Part shown: positions 47,043 through 60,324 of the stretch, piece after piece
How positions within the stretch are numbered: the first letter of the stretch is position 1
How the letters are laid out: every line of letters begins with the position of its first letter
Source of the DNA: Camelus dromedarius
Taxonomy: Eukaryota
Direction: 5' to 3'
Assembly: GCF_036321535.1 (NCBI RefSeq)
Contig: NC_087438.1
Coordinates: 4,714,001 to 4,778,000, forward strand
DNA length: 64,000 nt
Translations under genes and position numbers: made by a program
The notes under the pieces: model-generated
Seen by the model: the letters and a program-made list of their open reading frames with translations, nothing else
What the model was told of the DNA's origin: nothing
Databases searched by the model: none

Positions 47043-48024
47043 AAGATGCCCAAAGAAGGAAAACATTCCTATGTAACGTACTTTCAATTTTATCAGGCCT
47101 TTGGTTAGTTCTTGTCTGAAAAGTTGATCTTCTATAAGCTGTCTCCATCTCTGCGAGGGGGAGGTCCAGCTGCTCCTTGAAATGCATATGGACTTAGTAC
47201 TTGAAATGTACTTGAAGGCTATTTCCCTCAGTAAGTGTTAGGCTTGACTGTTTTAATTGATTTCAAAAATTCCAAGTGGTGACAGTGAATTGGTTTCCCT
47301 GGTGTCACTACTAAAAGCGATTTTAAATCACTGTATTTCTGCTAGTGTTATAACAGTAATTGTGCAATGAAACCCGAAAAGAATCGCCCCCTATGGTATC
47401 CATGCACACAACATCATTTTAACAAATGTATGTGCTGCCTATTGCAGGGTATTTACTCCATCAGAAAAGAAGTTAGCTATTTGGATGAGCTTGGAATGTT
47501 CTAGGTAATTTGGTGATTTACATTTTTAACAACCCTTTTCAGGCCAGACAAATGGAAAGTAATGTCCTAGTGAAACTTCACAATGGCTTAAACTAGAAAC
47601 TCTGTTTCTAAATTATGAGGGGCTTCCCTCTGTTTAGAATGAACTGAGACTTTGATATATCTATTCAGGAATGTCCGCCTTTGCTGCAGGCTGACTGCAA
47701 GGCTGTGGGTCAAAAGGCATCATAAGAGGGAGAGTCAAATGGCATCATGAGATGATGGACAACTCGGGGCTGAATTGCCTCTGCATGTGGTACAGCCTGA
47801 TACATCCTCATGAAAGGGATTCACCCCTTAATAATCCCCTTGAAAGTATTTTTCTCTGTCTGTCAAGGTCACAGGCAATTCTCTGTTATATAGTTTTATA
47901 TCCTTGTTGATCCTTATCCTTTTAAAAGTGAAAAGAATACACACCTGATGTTTGCCCAAGTTTCTAAAGCATGGTTAGCATTTAATCATCATATTTTTCA
48001 ATAAATCATTGTATTTTTAAGATC

Positions 48025-48121
48025 AGGAACGTAAATGTCAGTGTGAAGCCCAGGTTTGCTGGTTTTGCTTCCATGCTTCAGCTGTGAATTTAGATGGTTT
48101 CTCTGAAGAAAAGCCTTTACA
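48025..48121 (+). repeat. Copy 2 of a ~95-bp dispersed direct duplication
   Basis: Aligns with 46757-46851. Confidence 0.92.
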
Positions 48122-48863
48122 TATAGTACCTTACTACCTGAGATCACTTAAGTTAAATTTTGAGCACTTGCAGAAAAAGATTATGTTAATGCTTAAACTA
48201 TCAAGAATGAAAAAGTTGGCTAAATAGCTTAATAGTTGAAACAATAACTTGGAAGTTATATTTAACTTACTTAATAAAATAAACCGTCCTCAAATTCTGG
48301 AGAGGCATCCATTTACATACTCCCAATCACAGCCATGGTTCTACGAAAACTCTTTTTCTTTTCAAAAACTTTTAGAAGAATCAGTTCAGACAGTTTGTCT
48401 ACCCTCTTTGGAAACAGTAAAACTTTCAGCGCCATCCAAAGAGGAAACACTATGAGCACCAGTATCCATCACCACTCTCCTGGCAGTTTGGCTCTGCTTT
48501 CAGTCATCATTAATTTAAGTACAGAAAGCCCCAAATCTGGCATAGAGCCAAGTTTAGGAAAGATTAAAATGTGGGGAAACAGTTTTAAATTTGAGAACCC
48601 CAATGTGGTCTTTTTGCCTACAATTAGGGAAATTCTTTGATAGTCTTACATCTATTTTCAATACTATTTTACTATCACACTGAAATAAAGTCATGACCAA
48701 AATAAGATGATTTTTTGGATGTAGAATTAGTGTTTTCTTATTGGTAATATTCTATGAAAACAGTCTTGTTTTCCTTGCTGTTCTCAGTGGAAGCAATCTC
48801 TGTGGTCAGTTGCATAATAAGCCCAGTGTTTTCAGATGGAAAGTAAATTCTGAGGGAAGACAT

Positions 48864-50290
48864 TTTTTTAATTGAAGGATAGTTGATTTACAATATTATA
48901 TTAGTTTCAGGTGTGCAACATGTCATTTAATATTTTTATAGATTATACTCCATTTAAAATTATTATAAAAAATTGGTGATATTCCCTGTGTTGTACAATG
49001 TATTTTGTAGCTTATTTATTTTATACATAGTAGTTTGTGCCTCTCAATTCTCTACCCCTAGCTTGCCCCTCCCCCTTCTGTCTTCCTACTTGTAACCAAT
49101 AAGTTGTTCTCTGTTTATCTATGAATCTGTTTCTGCTTTGTAATATTCATTCGTTTTATTTTTTAGATTCCACATGTAAGTGATAACATAGAGTGATTGT
49201 CTTTCTCTGACTGACGTATTTCGCTTAGCATAATGCCCTCCAGATTTATTCCCGTTGTTGCAAATTGCAGAATTTCATTTGTTTTTATGGCTGATCAATA
49301 GAATAGAATAGAGTCCAGAAATAAGCCCACACACCTCTGGTCAATTAATCGATGACAAAGGAGGCAACAATATACAATGGAGAAAAGACAAGTCTCTCAG
49401 TAAGTGGCAAGGGGAAAACGAGACAGCTAGATGTAAAAGCATGAAATTAGAACTTTTTCTCACGTTATACACAAAAATAAACTCAAAATGGACTAAAGAC
49501 CTAAATGTAAGGCCAGAAACCATAAAACTCCTAGAAGAAAATAAATGCAGGACCCCCTTTGACATAAATCATAGCAATATTTTTTTGGTACCATCTTCTA
49601 AGGCATGTAAAATAAAAGGGAAAATAAACAAACAGGACCTAACGAAGCTTAAAAGCATTTGCACCGCAAAGGGAACCATCAACAAGACAAAAAGACAGCC
49701 TACTGAATGGCAGAAAATATTTGCAAATATTATGACCAATAAGTGGTTAATATACAACATATATAAACAGCTCATACAACTTACATCAAAAATCAAACAA
49801 CCTGATTAAAAAAGGGCAAGACCAGAATAGACATTTTTCCAAAGAAGACATGCAGGAGGCCAATAGGCACATAAAAAGGTACTCAACATCGTTAATCATC
49901 AGAAAAATACAAATTAAAACCACAATTACCTATCACCTCACACCTATCAGAACGGACATCATCAAAAAGAATATGAATAACAAATGTTGGCGAGGATGTG
50001 GAGAGAAGGGAACCCTGTACATTGCTGGTGGGAATGTAAATTGGTGCAGCCACTGTGGGAAACAGTAATGGAGTTTCCCCAAAATCTAAAAACAGACTTA
50101 CCATATGATCCAGCACATCCACTTCTGGGTGTATAGCCAAAGAAAATGAAAACATTAATTCAAAAAGATACATGCACCCCAATGTTCAGAGCAGCATTAT
50201 TTATAATTGCCAAGATATGGAAGCAACTTAAGTGTCCATCAACAGACGAATTGATTGAGACGATGTGGTGAATATATATAATATATATTG
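48864..50290 (-). mobile_element. 5'-inverted (twin-primed) L1: 3' UTR on minus (48864-~49300), ORF2 segment on plus (~49300-50290)
   Basis: ORFs 49441..49809(+) LYTKINSKWTKDLNVRPETIKLLEEN and 49850..50068(+) are L1 ORF2. Antisense 3' UTR with T-tail lies to the left. Possible TSD core aagacat at 48857-48863 / 50306-50312. Confidence 0.9.
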
Positions 50291-52242
50291 TATACATGTG
50301 ATGAAAAGACATGTTATGAATCTTCATGTTTCTTAAGTCTCACCAAGTAGCCACAGTGTTGGGAGACAGTGAAACCTTAGCTATATTGTATATAGTTATA
50401 TAGCTGCCACATATTTTTTTCAATTTTTGGTGTTTCTGTTCAGACTAACACTGTCACAGTCTTTACCTTTTGTAGAATGCTTTGCCCACTTATACTTCCA
50501 AACCCTGGGCCCATTTGCCAGAGTTGCTGATGACACTCTGCAATCATTTGACATCTCAGGCCTCCGGGGAACAGCAGACACATGTGAAGAATTCTGCATC
50601 CCAGCGGCAGGTCCCTCCACTCGGTAACAAAGCAGGGAAGACTGAATTAGCTGTCTGTGATGGAGATCGTTAAAAAAGACGGGAAGCAGTCAGGAGAATA
50701 ATTAAAGTCTGCCAAAAAGAGCGTCTAGTAATGGTGGTTTACAACTTTCTCCTCCAAAGAAGGCTTCTTTCAAACTACAGACAATGTATGGAAGCTCAGT
50801 TTGGGTTAATTTCCCCATGCTTGCCTTCAGCTCCTGATCTGCAATACATTCATGAGCAGCAGAACACAGTAAATGATGATTCTTAGTTTCCAAGGGTATA
50901 ATCAACTTTTCCCTGTTCTAAAACAGGCACACAGCGCCTCGTTTCCACCTCTCCTGATGTCTCACTGTTGCACAGCAATGCATCGCGTACCGTATGAAAC
51001 ACCTTATGCCGGGTTACAGGGAAACAGAAAGTGACAATAACAGTACTTCAGAGATGACGGGTGACTCCCCAGAGAAGACGGGAGCCTAGGCGTGGGGTGA
51101 ATATGAATGGAAACTCGGGGTGTATTTACTGCAAGCAATAGAGGAAAAACAATAGTCACCGTGGGAAGGAAATGCTAAAAACAAGGATCAAGAAACACAG
51201 ACTGACTCATAATAAGCATGCACGGGGTGAGAGCGGGCATGTGTTCAGAAAAAACACTGCAGGGGAGCCGAGGCTGCCTGGTTAAATGGTCTCCAAACTC
51301 CTCTCTCTGAGGACTGCCTCAAACTAAAAATATCACGTGTTCACCCAGACTGAGGCGTTTCTCACCAAATCTTGGAGTTTTACTCAGGTGTGTGGCCGTT
51401 TGCGGCTTCATATTTTCAACATGTGTAATTTTGCCTTTTCCAGAACACATTCATGAGCCAAAGGGTAAAACCATACTTTCCATCACATAGAGCTACTTGG
51501 GCTTCTTGCCTTCCTCTTGCTTCCAAACAGGGCGTCACCCCTCTGACAAGTGGCGACGAGTATTGTCGTGGTCCCCTTCTGTGCCTGACCTGATGGGCAG
51601 GGGCAGTAACACCGGCAGGGGTTTCCGGGGTTTGACCCTGAAGGTCCCGACACCCTCAGGCTCCGCCTCAGGTGTAATTGGCATATTTACAGGAACCGTC
51701 CCAGCCTGCTACCATCCAGAGGGAGTGTGGGGGGGTGCCTCCTCGCTGTGTATGATTCCCCAGTCACCTGAACAAAATCTCAGACGCACCAAATTCATTT
51801 CTTAGCCTGGATGAGAAGGAAAGAGAGAGCCCTGCCCAGCCACCTTTCTGCTTTGGGAGTCGCTGCTGAATTGCTTTCTCAGGCTCCTGTTCTGCCGTCA
51901 TCTGTCATCCGTCACTGCTGGGCGCGCGCCAGGCACTGGCCACTGACCTGGGCACGAGAGAGGAGGTGTAGACCCTCAAATAACAGGCTGCAGACACGAG
52001 GTAGGACCAAGAACTATCACGAACAGCACAGCGGTTTTGCGCAGATGAATGCGGGAAGGTGGGCACAGAATGGGGCGGGGCTGGCATCCGAGGGGAGACT
52101 CTGCGGTGTCTACAGGGACAAGACGGAGGGCATACAGCCTCTCCGCTGAAAAACTCCCCATCTATGGGGACATTCAAGAGTCCACGCGTGCTTACCACAC
52201 CGCCAGGAACAGGCTGAGAGAGAAGCGAGCACACTCGAGGCC

Positions 52243-52390
52243 CTGCCTCAGTTCCCGGGGCTGCTGTACCCACCACCACTGGCTGCATGGCGTAACGGCA
52301 GAAATTATTTTCACACCGTTCGGGGGTCTTGAAGTCCTAGATCAAGGTGTCCGCAGGGGTGATTCCTTCCGAGGCCTCTTTCCTTGGTGC
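52243..52390 (-). mobile_element. MLT1C/D-like fragment
   Basis: ggggctgctgta...gcagaaattattttcaca...gatcaaggtgtccgcaggg...ttccttccgaggc. Confidence 0.65.
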
Positions 52391-52624
52391 ATATTCAAAG
52401 ATATTCCGTTTATCTTTTGCATTATTTATAGTATGTAATTTTTTAAATTGTGAAATATTTAATCATAGAAAACAATGATGAATGATTAGCAAACAATTTT
52501 CTACACATTTATAAGGCAGAAGTTTTACATTTTTATGATGTCAAATTTATTACTCTGGCTTGTATATTTGCTTTTCTTTAAAAAAATTTTTATTGAAGGG
52601 CTTTTCATGAAATCTGCAGTCTTC

Positions 52625-53096
52625 TGTAACAGCTAGTTGAAGAACAAGTCAAGTTAAGGGGTGTCCCTGTGCATCACTTGACAAATAGCTATGGTGCAGA
52701 GACGCAAAAGAGGAGAGACTTCCGGCAGAGAGTGCCTGTGTGCTGAAAGGGAAGCTGCATTCCTTTCCCCCTTCTGTGACCCTCAGGAGACTCTCAATTT
52801 CCCTTCCTTTGGTTGGAGTCCCACCAATGGGACAAGGATGGCCATGATGTAGACACTCCTGGCCTGGCCATGAGGCCACTCACATGACTCTCTATGATCT
52901 CCTTTCCTTGGGTGCTGAGCATGACAAGCTCCTGTGGAAGATGCGGGCGTCACAGAAGGAAGCAGCCGGGGCCAGTGATTGTAATCATGACATGAGAGAA
53001 ACCCTCCCAAAGCCAGTGGATGTGCACATAAGAGAGAACTAAGATCTGGAGGGACATTTGTTTTAGCATCCAGCATTGATCACCCTGACTAATACA
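52625..53096 (+). mobile_element. Old MaLR LTR (MLT1J/K-like)
   Basis: Ends tttgttttagcatccagc...ccctgactaataca. The 5' boundary is approximate. Confidence 0.55.
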
Positions 53097-55391
53097 ACCC
53101 AACAGAACTTTTGAAAAAGTCACATTTTTAAAATAGAAATTTCAGCGCAGGGCTATATCCTTAAATTTCATGCATAAGATGTAATAGCTGAATGCCAGGA
53201 AAAAAAAACTTCCCAGAGTCACACAGTTTTGGATGGGGGGCGGTGGGAACTCAATGATTTAGGGTCAACGTACCGTCCGAATGACCAGGAATCAAAGGTA
53301 AAGAGTGACTCAGCATCTCTCTAGGTTAGAAACACATTTTAAGACAAAACACACTCTGATCTGTATATCTCTTTCCTCCTCACCTTCTCTAAGGCTACTG
53401 TAGAAAAAAAATAATACTTTCCTCTATGTCTCTCCTTTCCACTCAGTTCTGAAGCTTATTAGAACCATTAAGCATTTCCACTCAGCATTTGACTATGTTT
53501 TTGAGTGTTTGAAAGTGTGTGTGTGAGTGTGTGTGTATGAAGGATGTGGGTGTGGTGCTGGGGAGGACTGCACTCAAAATGAGTGGGAAAAGCTTCTTTT
53601 AGTTGTAGGAAGGGGGGTGATTTTTGTACATGGGTGGATGGCACTGTCCTGGAACGAGAACCTTTACTGAATGGCTTTTCGGAGAAGGGAAGCTGGAACA
53701 GACGAAAGGAATATGGATTCAACATGCAATGGCCTCTTGCCCAGGGGAATTCATATCAAAAATATCATGCAATTTACCTACATAAGTCAATGGAACAAAA
53801 AGTTGGCAGCCAGCTCTAAACGGGCTAGATTCCTCTCTTCCATGCTGCCTTTTTTGCGTCTTTGAGTAGGAAAAGAAAGGAGGCTTGGTGTTAGAGGTCA
53901 TGACGACATTTCTGAGATTGTACAGGCATGTCGCTTTCTTTCCACCTGCTTCCGTCCACCGTCCTCCCTGACTTTCAGGCCTGACAACTACCTTTGACAT
54001 CCTTCAACAGCGACCCACATACCCAAGCAGAAAAAGTTCAGCACCTGTGTTCCATTGCATATATTTGCACCATGAAGTATCATTATTTCTATCATGAGAC
54101 TTAGAAAATGTACCATTCCCAGAAAGCCTCAGGGTAGAGAAAAATAAAAATCTCTAATTAAAATATGTACAAGAGAAGCTGTACATATTCCAGCTGCTCA
54201 GGGAGCAGAGACGTGTCCCCCTCATCGCATGCCGTAACGAGACAGATGTCAGCTAGGCCACGTCCATCAAAGGTCAGACTCTAGGGGTCATTTCATCTCA
54301 TTCGAGATGATGAATTAAACACAACTTTGAATTTGGTGTGTGAAGCTTGTAAACGATTCCGTGGGGTCACGTTGTCAGAACATACGGAAATGTTTCGATA
54401 GAACGTCATTTTTTTTCTATCTGATTTAGTACTTGAAATTCAAGGAACAATAAAAGGAGTTATTTTGGTAACTTTAGTGTTGTCCCTCTAATGTGAGCCT
54501 CAGGGATATTTCATCGGGAAAGGAGGCTCAGCAGAGATATTCATAACGAAATGATGGAAATGCCGGGGTAGTAGAGGCCGGGTCAGAAAGGGTAAATGGA
54601 CGGGGTCCCAACCTCTCCTGCTTCGTAGCAAATGGTCAGCAATGTAGTGTCTTGTTCCTTAGTTCCTTCTGGAGAGACTGTCAGATTGGGAACTGCTTAG
54701 TTTCTGTCACCTCCAGTAGGCAGGACAAACTCGGAATAGCTCACTGTGCCCGCACTATGTGTGTGCATTACTTTTGTCACAGCAGTGCCTCTCAGGCGTG
54801 GGTACAATCGCGTGGCGTCCTTGTCAAAGTGCGGGGTCTGATGCGGTGGCCTGGGTGGCCTTGGATTCTGCTCTCAGGTGGCACTGCTGATCTGAAGACC
54901 AGACTACGATCTCCATGACCCCCAAGTCATAGGCAGCATGTAGGTGTGCATGCAGGTGTATTTTTCAGGACAGGTAGCGTTGACTGTCCTCACAGTCTCT
55001 AAGAGGGTCCACTACCTGAAGAGGTCACGAACTGTCATAGAGGGAACGCAGGAGGGAGGTGCGCTGGGGTCTGACCCGGAGAAAGTGGCCATGCCCAGCA
55101 GCCTCTTGTGTGTTCCCATGAGAAGAGCCCAGTGAGTGCGGGTAAGACAGAAAACACGCTCAGTGATGAAGTTTGGAAGAAGAAGGCACATCAGCCTTCA
55201 GCGAGCTACTGCAAAGTCTGAAGGTGAAGCAGAAGTCTGTGGGAAGGAGTGACCTTCCTTCCTGTGGGAAGCACGTGGCTCCTAGTGAAACAGGCCCGGG
55301 TGCTGGCTACACTGGTGGTCACCAGGCCTGGCTGCGGAGTGGACTCATTCTACACCCGCCCTTAGGCTGCTCCCTAAAGACCCTGGGTGGG

Positions 55392-55746
55392 TGTGTTCAT
55401 CAGCTCTGGCTGCCAGAACAGACTGCTGTAGTTGGGTGACCTGAACAGTAGATATTTATTTCCTCAGTTGTGGAGGCTGGAAGTCTCAGATCAGCATAGT
55501 TGGGTTCTGATGAGGGCCCTCTTCCTGACTTAGAGATGGGCTGCCTTCCCACTGTATCCTCACATGGGATGGAGGAGAGACACAGAGAGAGAGAGAGGAG
55601 AATCTCTTCCTATAGAGCGACAATCCTATTGGATTAGGGCCTCATCTTTATGACCCCATTTACCCTTAATTACCTCCTGAAAGCCCCATCTCCAAAGACC
55701 ATCATTTTCAATATATGAATTTGGGGGCACAATTCAGTCCACAGCA
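55392..55746 (-). mobile_element. MLT1A-like MaLR solo LTR
   Basis: tttatttcctcagttgtggaggctggaagtctcagatc...gggggcacaattcagtccacagca. Confidence 0.85.
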
Positions 55747-57049
55747 GTGGGAATGCCCAGAGCAGGGCATTTGCCTTTCAGAGAGCCATGGCTTATATCC
55801 TTGCATGGTCCATGTTGAGAGCCAGACCTCTGGATGAGGACAACAGGTGAAGAAAACAGTTGCACCTGAGAACAGAAATGCCATCAAAAACTGACAGGTG
55901 TCAGTCAGACTGAGGAATGCACTGTCTGGCTGCTACTGGGATGGTCTTTTGGGGGCCGTGGACTCCAGAGTACACATCTCGTGGGAGTATTGGGTTTTTA
56001 CTGTCAATCAGCTGAATAGAGGTTCCTCCAGGGGGATGAATGGGGATTCAAGAGGGCAGCACTTAAGCTAGGAGAGAGAAAAGTTATTCTCCAGAGCCAG
56101 GGATCTTGTTCCTGGATTCTAAGGCAAGGAGAAGGTTGGAGGATTCCACGTGGTGGTGATAAAAGCACGTGGTAAACCCTCTCTTCCCATGAGAGCCCGT
56201 CTCACAAACAGTTTGGAATTGAGTCCAAGGTCAGGTTTGTCCAGGCATCCCAGAGTCGCCACCTCTTGTAGGAAGAGGCTTAGTTCTCAGCTTTTGTCCC
56301 CTCCCTCATCCAGGATCAGCACAATCTTGTGAAATAAATGTGTTTGCAGCAGAGCAAAAGTTTCATGAAGGGCAGCAGGAGGGACCTGCTGGCACGATGA
56401 GGAAACTGAACCAAGAACAGCCTGACTGCCTGCTGCTGGGCACGTGTGGGACTCTCCACAGGGGAGACTGCTTTGAAATAGCAGGTGAGGGAACATGGAA
56501 GGGAAATGATTCTCAGCGATCAGTGCGCCAGGGTCTCAGGCTGTCAGGATTCTAGGCTTTAAAAATAGCTGTGACCAGGATCCTCGGGAGGAAACAGATC
56601 AGGAGGAACAGAGACGCTTCTCGCCTAGTCGGAGTGAAGTGGTTTAAATTAGGAAAGAGATTTTGGAGATGAAAAGGGGATAATTTCTTCACCTAGTGCG
56701 TCAGCTTTAGGGAAAAGGGGTCCCACATTCTGAGACCCAAGAAAGGCCAGAATTGTCCGTTTATAACTAGGAAGCAAATGCAGAGAAAGATGTGTCCACC
56801 TCTCCAGACTTTCCAGCTCTGCAGCCAACATCCCACATCTGCTTAAAAAAATGGCAGAAGGAAGGAAAGAAACCTGAGGGGCTTGACCGGAGCATTCTGA
56901 GTTAACACTTTATTCACAAAAGAGCCAAGTCAGGAGAAACTTTGTAGAGAAGCTGGCTCAACCCTGATACTTCGGATGAAAAAATTGGGGGAAAGAGTTG
57001 AAATAATTTCTCCAAGACCTCTGCAGATCAGAGGTGGATCCAGGACTTC

Positions 57050-58205
57050 ACATGAGACCTCCAGAATTCTGAATGTTCCAGGACTCTCATATATTAGTAG
57101 GATAAGAAATCTGAGTTCAATGATCTTGTCCTCTTTTACGATTTGGTGTTTTATCTCTCCGAGAGCCGCTGTATTTGCCTACTAAGTTCTATTGAGTCAA
57201 AGTCCAAAATATTATCTTCCTGCTTTGAACTCAACTCCTTCCCCTTTCCACCATGCACTGCTCCCTCTTTCTCCAATATTTTCAAAATTTTCAAACTTTC
57301 CTTATTACCTAATATTTTCCCTAAGTATTTTAATGTAGCTAAGGTCCAAATATCATTTAAAATTCCTTCCTTGTGCAAAAGTATCCTTCTGGGATGACAT
57401 GGCCTCTTTCTCTGCAGTCAAGCTCCTAGAACAGTCTACACTCATTACGTCTGTTTTGATCACGTCCTTTCACTCTCCGCCCACTCCTTACTAGACTTTG
57501 TCCCTATCCCTGCACAGACATCACACTCTTCAAGTCACCATAGCCTTCTTTTGGCTAAACCGAGTCCGCCGTTATAGTCCCCATCTATCTTGATGTCTCG
57601 GTAGAGTTAGATGGGCATAACTGGTCCCTTCTCCTTGAGCCTCCTTCCTTGGCATCCATGATGCCCCTACTGGGTTTTCTTCCCCCTCTTGGACTTGTCT
57701 GTTACTCTCCTTGCTCTGGAAGTATCTTCTCCCATCCATCTCAAGCAGTCTTGTTTCAATCACCATTAGTTACTTTGTTTCTAAGAAATCTCTCCCTGAA
57801 TTGGGATCTCTCCTCTGGGTTCCTGAGTTGATATTCAGCTGTTTATGATGCATTTCTACGTGGATGTCCTGATGACTTTTCCTTGTACACCTGTCCAGCC
57901 TCAACATCACCAGCTCCACCCTCAACATTGCCCAGGATGAACCTGCTGTTCTTCTAGGTTTCCTTGAGCAATCAAGAAAAAAGGCTGGGCTCTTTTCCTT
58001 GAGTTCTCTTATACCCTGCAAGCAATAGCCAAATCTTACTGATCTATGTCCTATGTATTCCTCTGGCAGAATGTATTTTCCGCTCTCATAACATACATTG
58101 CCCTGTATTTAATTTTCTGTTTAGTTCGTCATCTGAATTTCACTGCTGCCTGTGAACAAGTTCTGTCCTGATCACTCAGTGCCCAGTGTACAGCGGACAC
58201 TCAGG
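57050..58205 (+). mobile_element. L2 fragments, degenerate
   Basis: ctcttcaagtcacca..., ccttctccttgagcctccttccttggcatccatga and tgatattcagctgttta...tggatgtcc. Confidence 0.6.
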
Positions 58206-59469
58206 AAAAAGTTAAAAAAAAAACCAGTTAATGCTTTTTATTGTTTCTTATAAACCCTGTCAGCAACTATCTCAAAGAAAGTCAGCAAGACAAAAACAAG
58301 CCTGGCAGAATCTCCAGGGGCTAGGCGAGATATAAAATCACCTGTCAGTTTGCATCCCAGGAGGCTGTTTGGTTTTCCTTTCCGTGCTGAGGTGTGGATT
58401 AGACTTTGTTGCAAGTAGGTTGCTTATTAAAGGCGTTGCTCACTTTATTGAATCACTCCTCTTTGCTGACACTGAGCCAAACTCACAGGCTCCCCGACGG
58501 GCAGCAGATGGGGTGCATCTGAAAGCTACCGGTGACGGATCAGAGCACTTCTTCTTGGCACTTTCATGGAATTGTGGTCAGTAGCCCATCCGATGCAGCC
58601 ATCTTTCCACTGGTGTCATAGCGACAGTGGGTGAATGAATTCCAACTGCCCTGTGTTAGGTTCTTCTTAATGGGGGTGTGGGGTACAGATGCCGCAACAG
58701 ACACTGAGCAATGGGAAAGGTGCTGTGCTAGGCACTTTGTGGGGGGAAAGGGAAGATGTGGGAAGCAAGTGGTGGGAGTGGTATTTGAGCTCAAGTCACT
58801 CACAGCCTGACAGGGAGGCAGGGGGCTTACGGGAAGACAGACATCATTTATCACACAGTGTGTGGCACCGATCATGAAATCTAATTCACACAGAGTTCTA
58901 CACATTCATGGCTGGGGAAATTACCTACTGCAGCACATTTGAGAGAGTCCTCCAAGAAAGTAAAATGTTTTGTGGTTCTTGAAGTGGAGTTGGACTTCCT
59001 TGTATGACTACATGGGGAGGGTGTGATCATCACGGGCAGAGATGACAAAAATCACAGGTATAGGAAAGTCTGGTGCCGGAACATGAGAGAATTAGAATTC
59101 AAAGTATTGTGACCAAGTCATGAAAGACACAGTGGACAAGGATGGAGGGTCTTGCGTGTAGCCTGAGAAGTCAGCTGCAGGAAATAAACCTCTCGAAAGC
59201 TGATGTTTTATCTGAAAATGTCTACTCTGTAATATACCTGTCTCGATTTTAAAGTTTAAAAAAATATTTTCTATTAATTTTGTTGACTAAAATAGGTACA
59301 TCAGGAAGATTCTGGGGGGGGGGGCATCCTGTGGTGCTGAGTGCCCCAGGGCACCTTGCCCGTGTACACGTGGGTGAGAGTCCCCAGCTTGAGAAACATA
59401 TTTTATTGGCATCAAATTCATCTGTGAAGTTTATTACATGCCGCAAACTACTGACTTTGCAAATGTTAA

Positions 59470-59650
59470 CTCATTTAAAGCTCAAAACCAACGTACGCAG
59501 GAGGCGCTATCATTGCTCTCATTGAAGAAAAGGCAGCCAAGGCTCAGGGAGGATGAAGTGCTTGCCCAAGACCTTGCTTCTGAGAGAGAAAGGGGTACCA
59601 GGGGTTCAAGCCTGAGCAAGTGAGCCCCAGGGGCTGGGCTCTGACCGCTA
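59470..59650 (-). mobile_element. MIR SINE
   Basis: ctcatttaaagctcaaaacc...aaggctcagggagg..aagtgcttgcccaaga. Confidence 0.6.
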
Positions 59651-59796
59651 GCTAGAAAGCCTCTACTCACATTACAGAGAACTTTGAACTTTCTTTTGGA
59701 AATTAAAATGAGCCAGAAAGCTAGACTAATGCATATTAAATGAGTCCAAATGTGTCAAAGAATATTTTTCCCTTATAAATATTTCTACATATTTGC

Positions 59797-59875
59797 ATGT
59801 GTGTACACACGTGTGGTATGTGTGTGTACACATGTGGCGTGTGTGTACACATGTGGCATGTGTGTGTACACACAT
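59797..59875. repeat. Four-unit minisatellite of ~19-21 bp, each unit centred on the palindrome GTGTACAC
   Basis: Seen directly. Confidence 0.85.
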
Positions 59876-60075
59876 AAATTCCAGTTTTAAATGAGTTGAC
59901 TATATCAGTACTTCTGATTTTCATTCCAAATGTGTTACATTAATTTTGACTGTAACCACTACCTGACCAGAATGTTTTGGGGCAAGCAGTTGGCTGCAAA
60001 TGCAAGAAGTGCGCCTGGTAACTTAACTCTCCAAGTGCGAAAGCGATGCAGGGTGCATCTACGCGCACAGATGTG

Positions 60076-60324
60076 GAAGGGATAAACTGGAAGTTTGAGA
60101 TTTGCAGGTACTAACTAATGCATGAAAAACAGATAAACAACAAGTTTACGCTGTACAGCACAGGGAACCATATTCAATACCTTGTAGTAACTTATGGCGA
60201 AAGAGAATATGAAAGTGAACACATGTCTGTGCCTGTATGACTGAAGCGCTGGGCTGTGTAACAGAAATCGATGCAACATTGTAAACTGACTACACTTCAA
60301 TAAAATACATAAAATAAAAAAAAA
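60076..60324 (+). mobile_element. Young artiodactyl/camelid L1 3' end
   Basis: ctgtacagcacagggaaccatattcaatacc...aaactgactacacttcaataaaa followed by an A-tail. TSD agatgtg at 60069-60075 and 60325-60331. Confidence 0.88.

Noticed and set aside
47274..47312. Hairpin agtggtgaca...tgtcactact
   Set aside because: The ~10-bp stem is too short for a pre-miRNA and is expected by chance in 64 kb.
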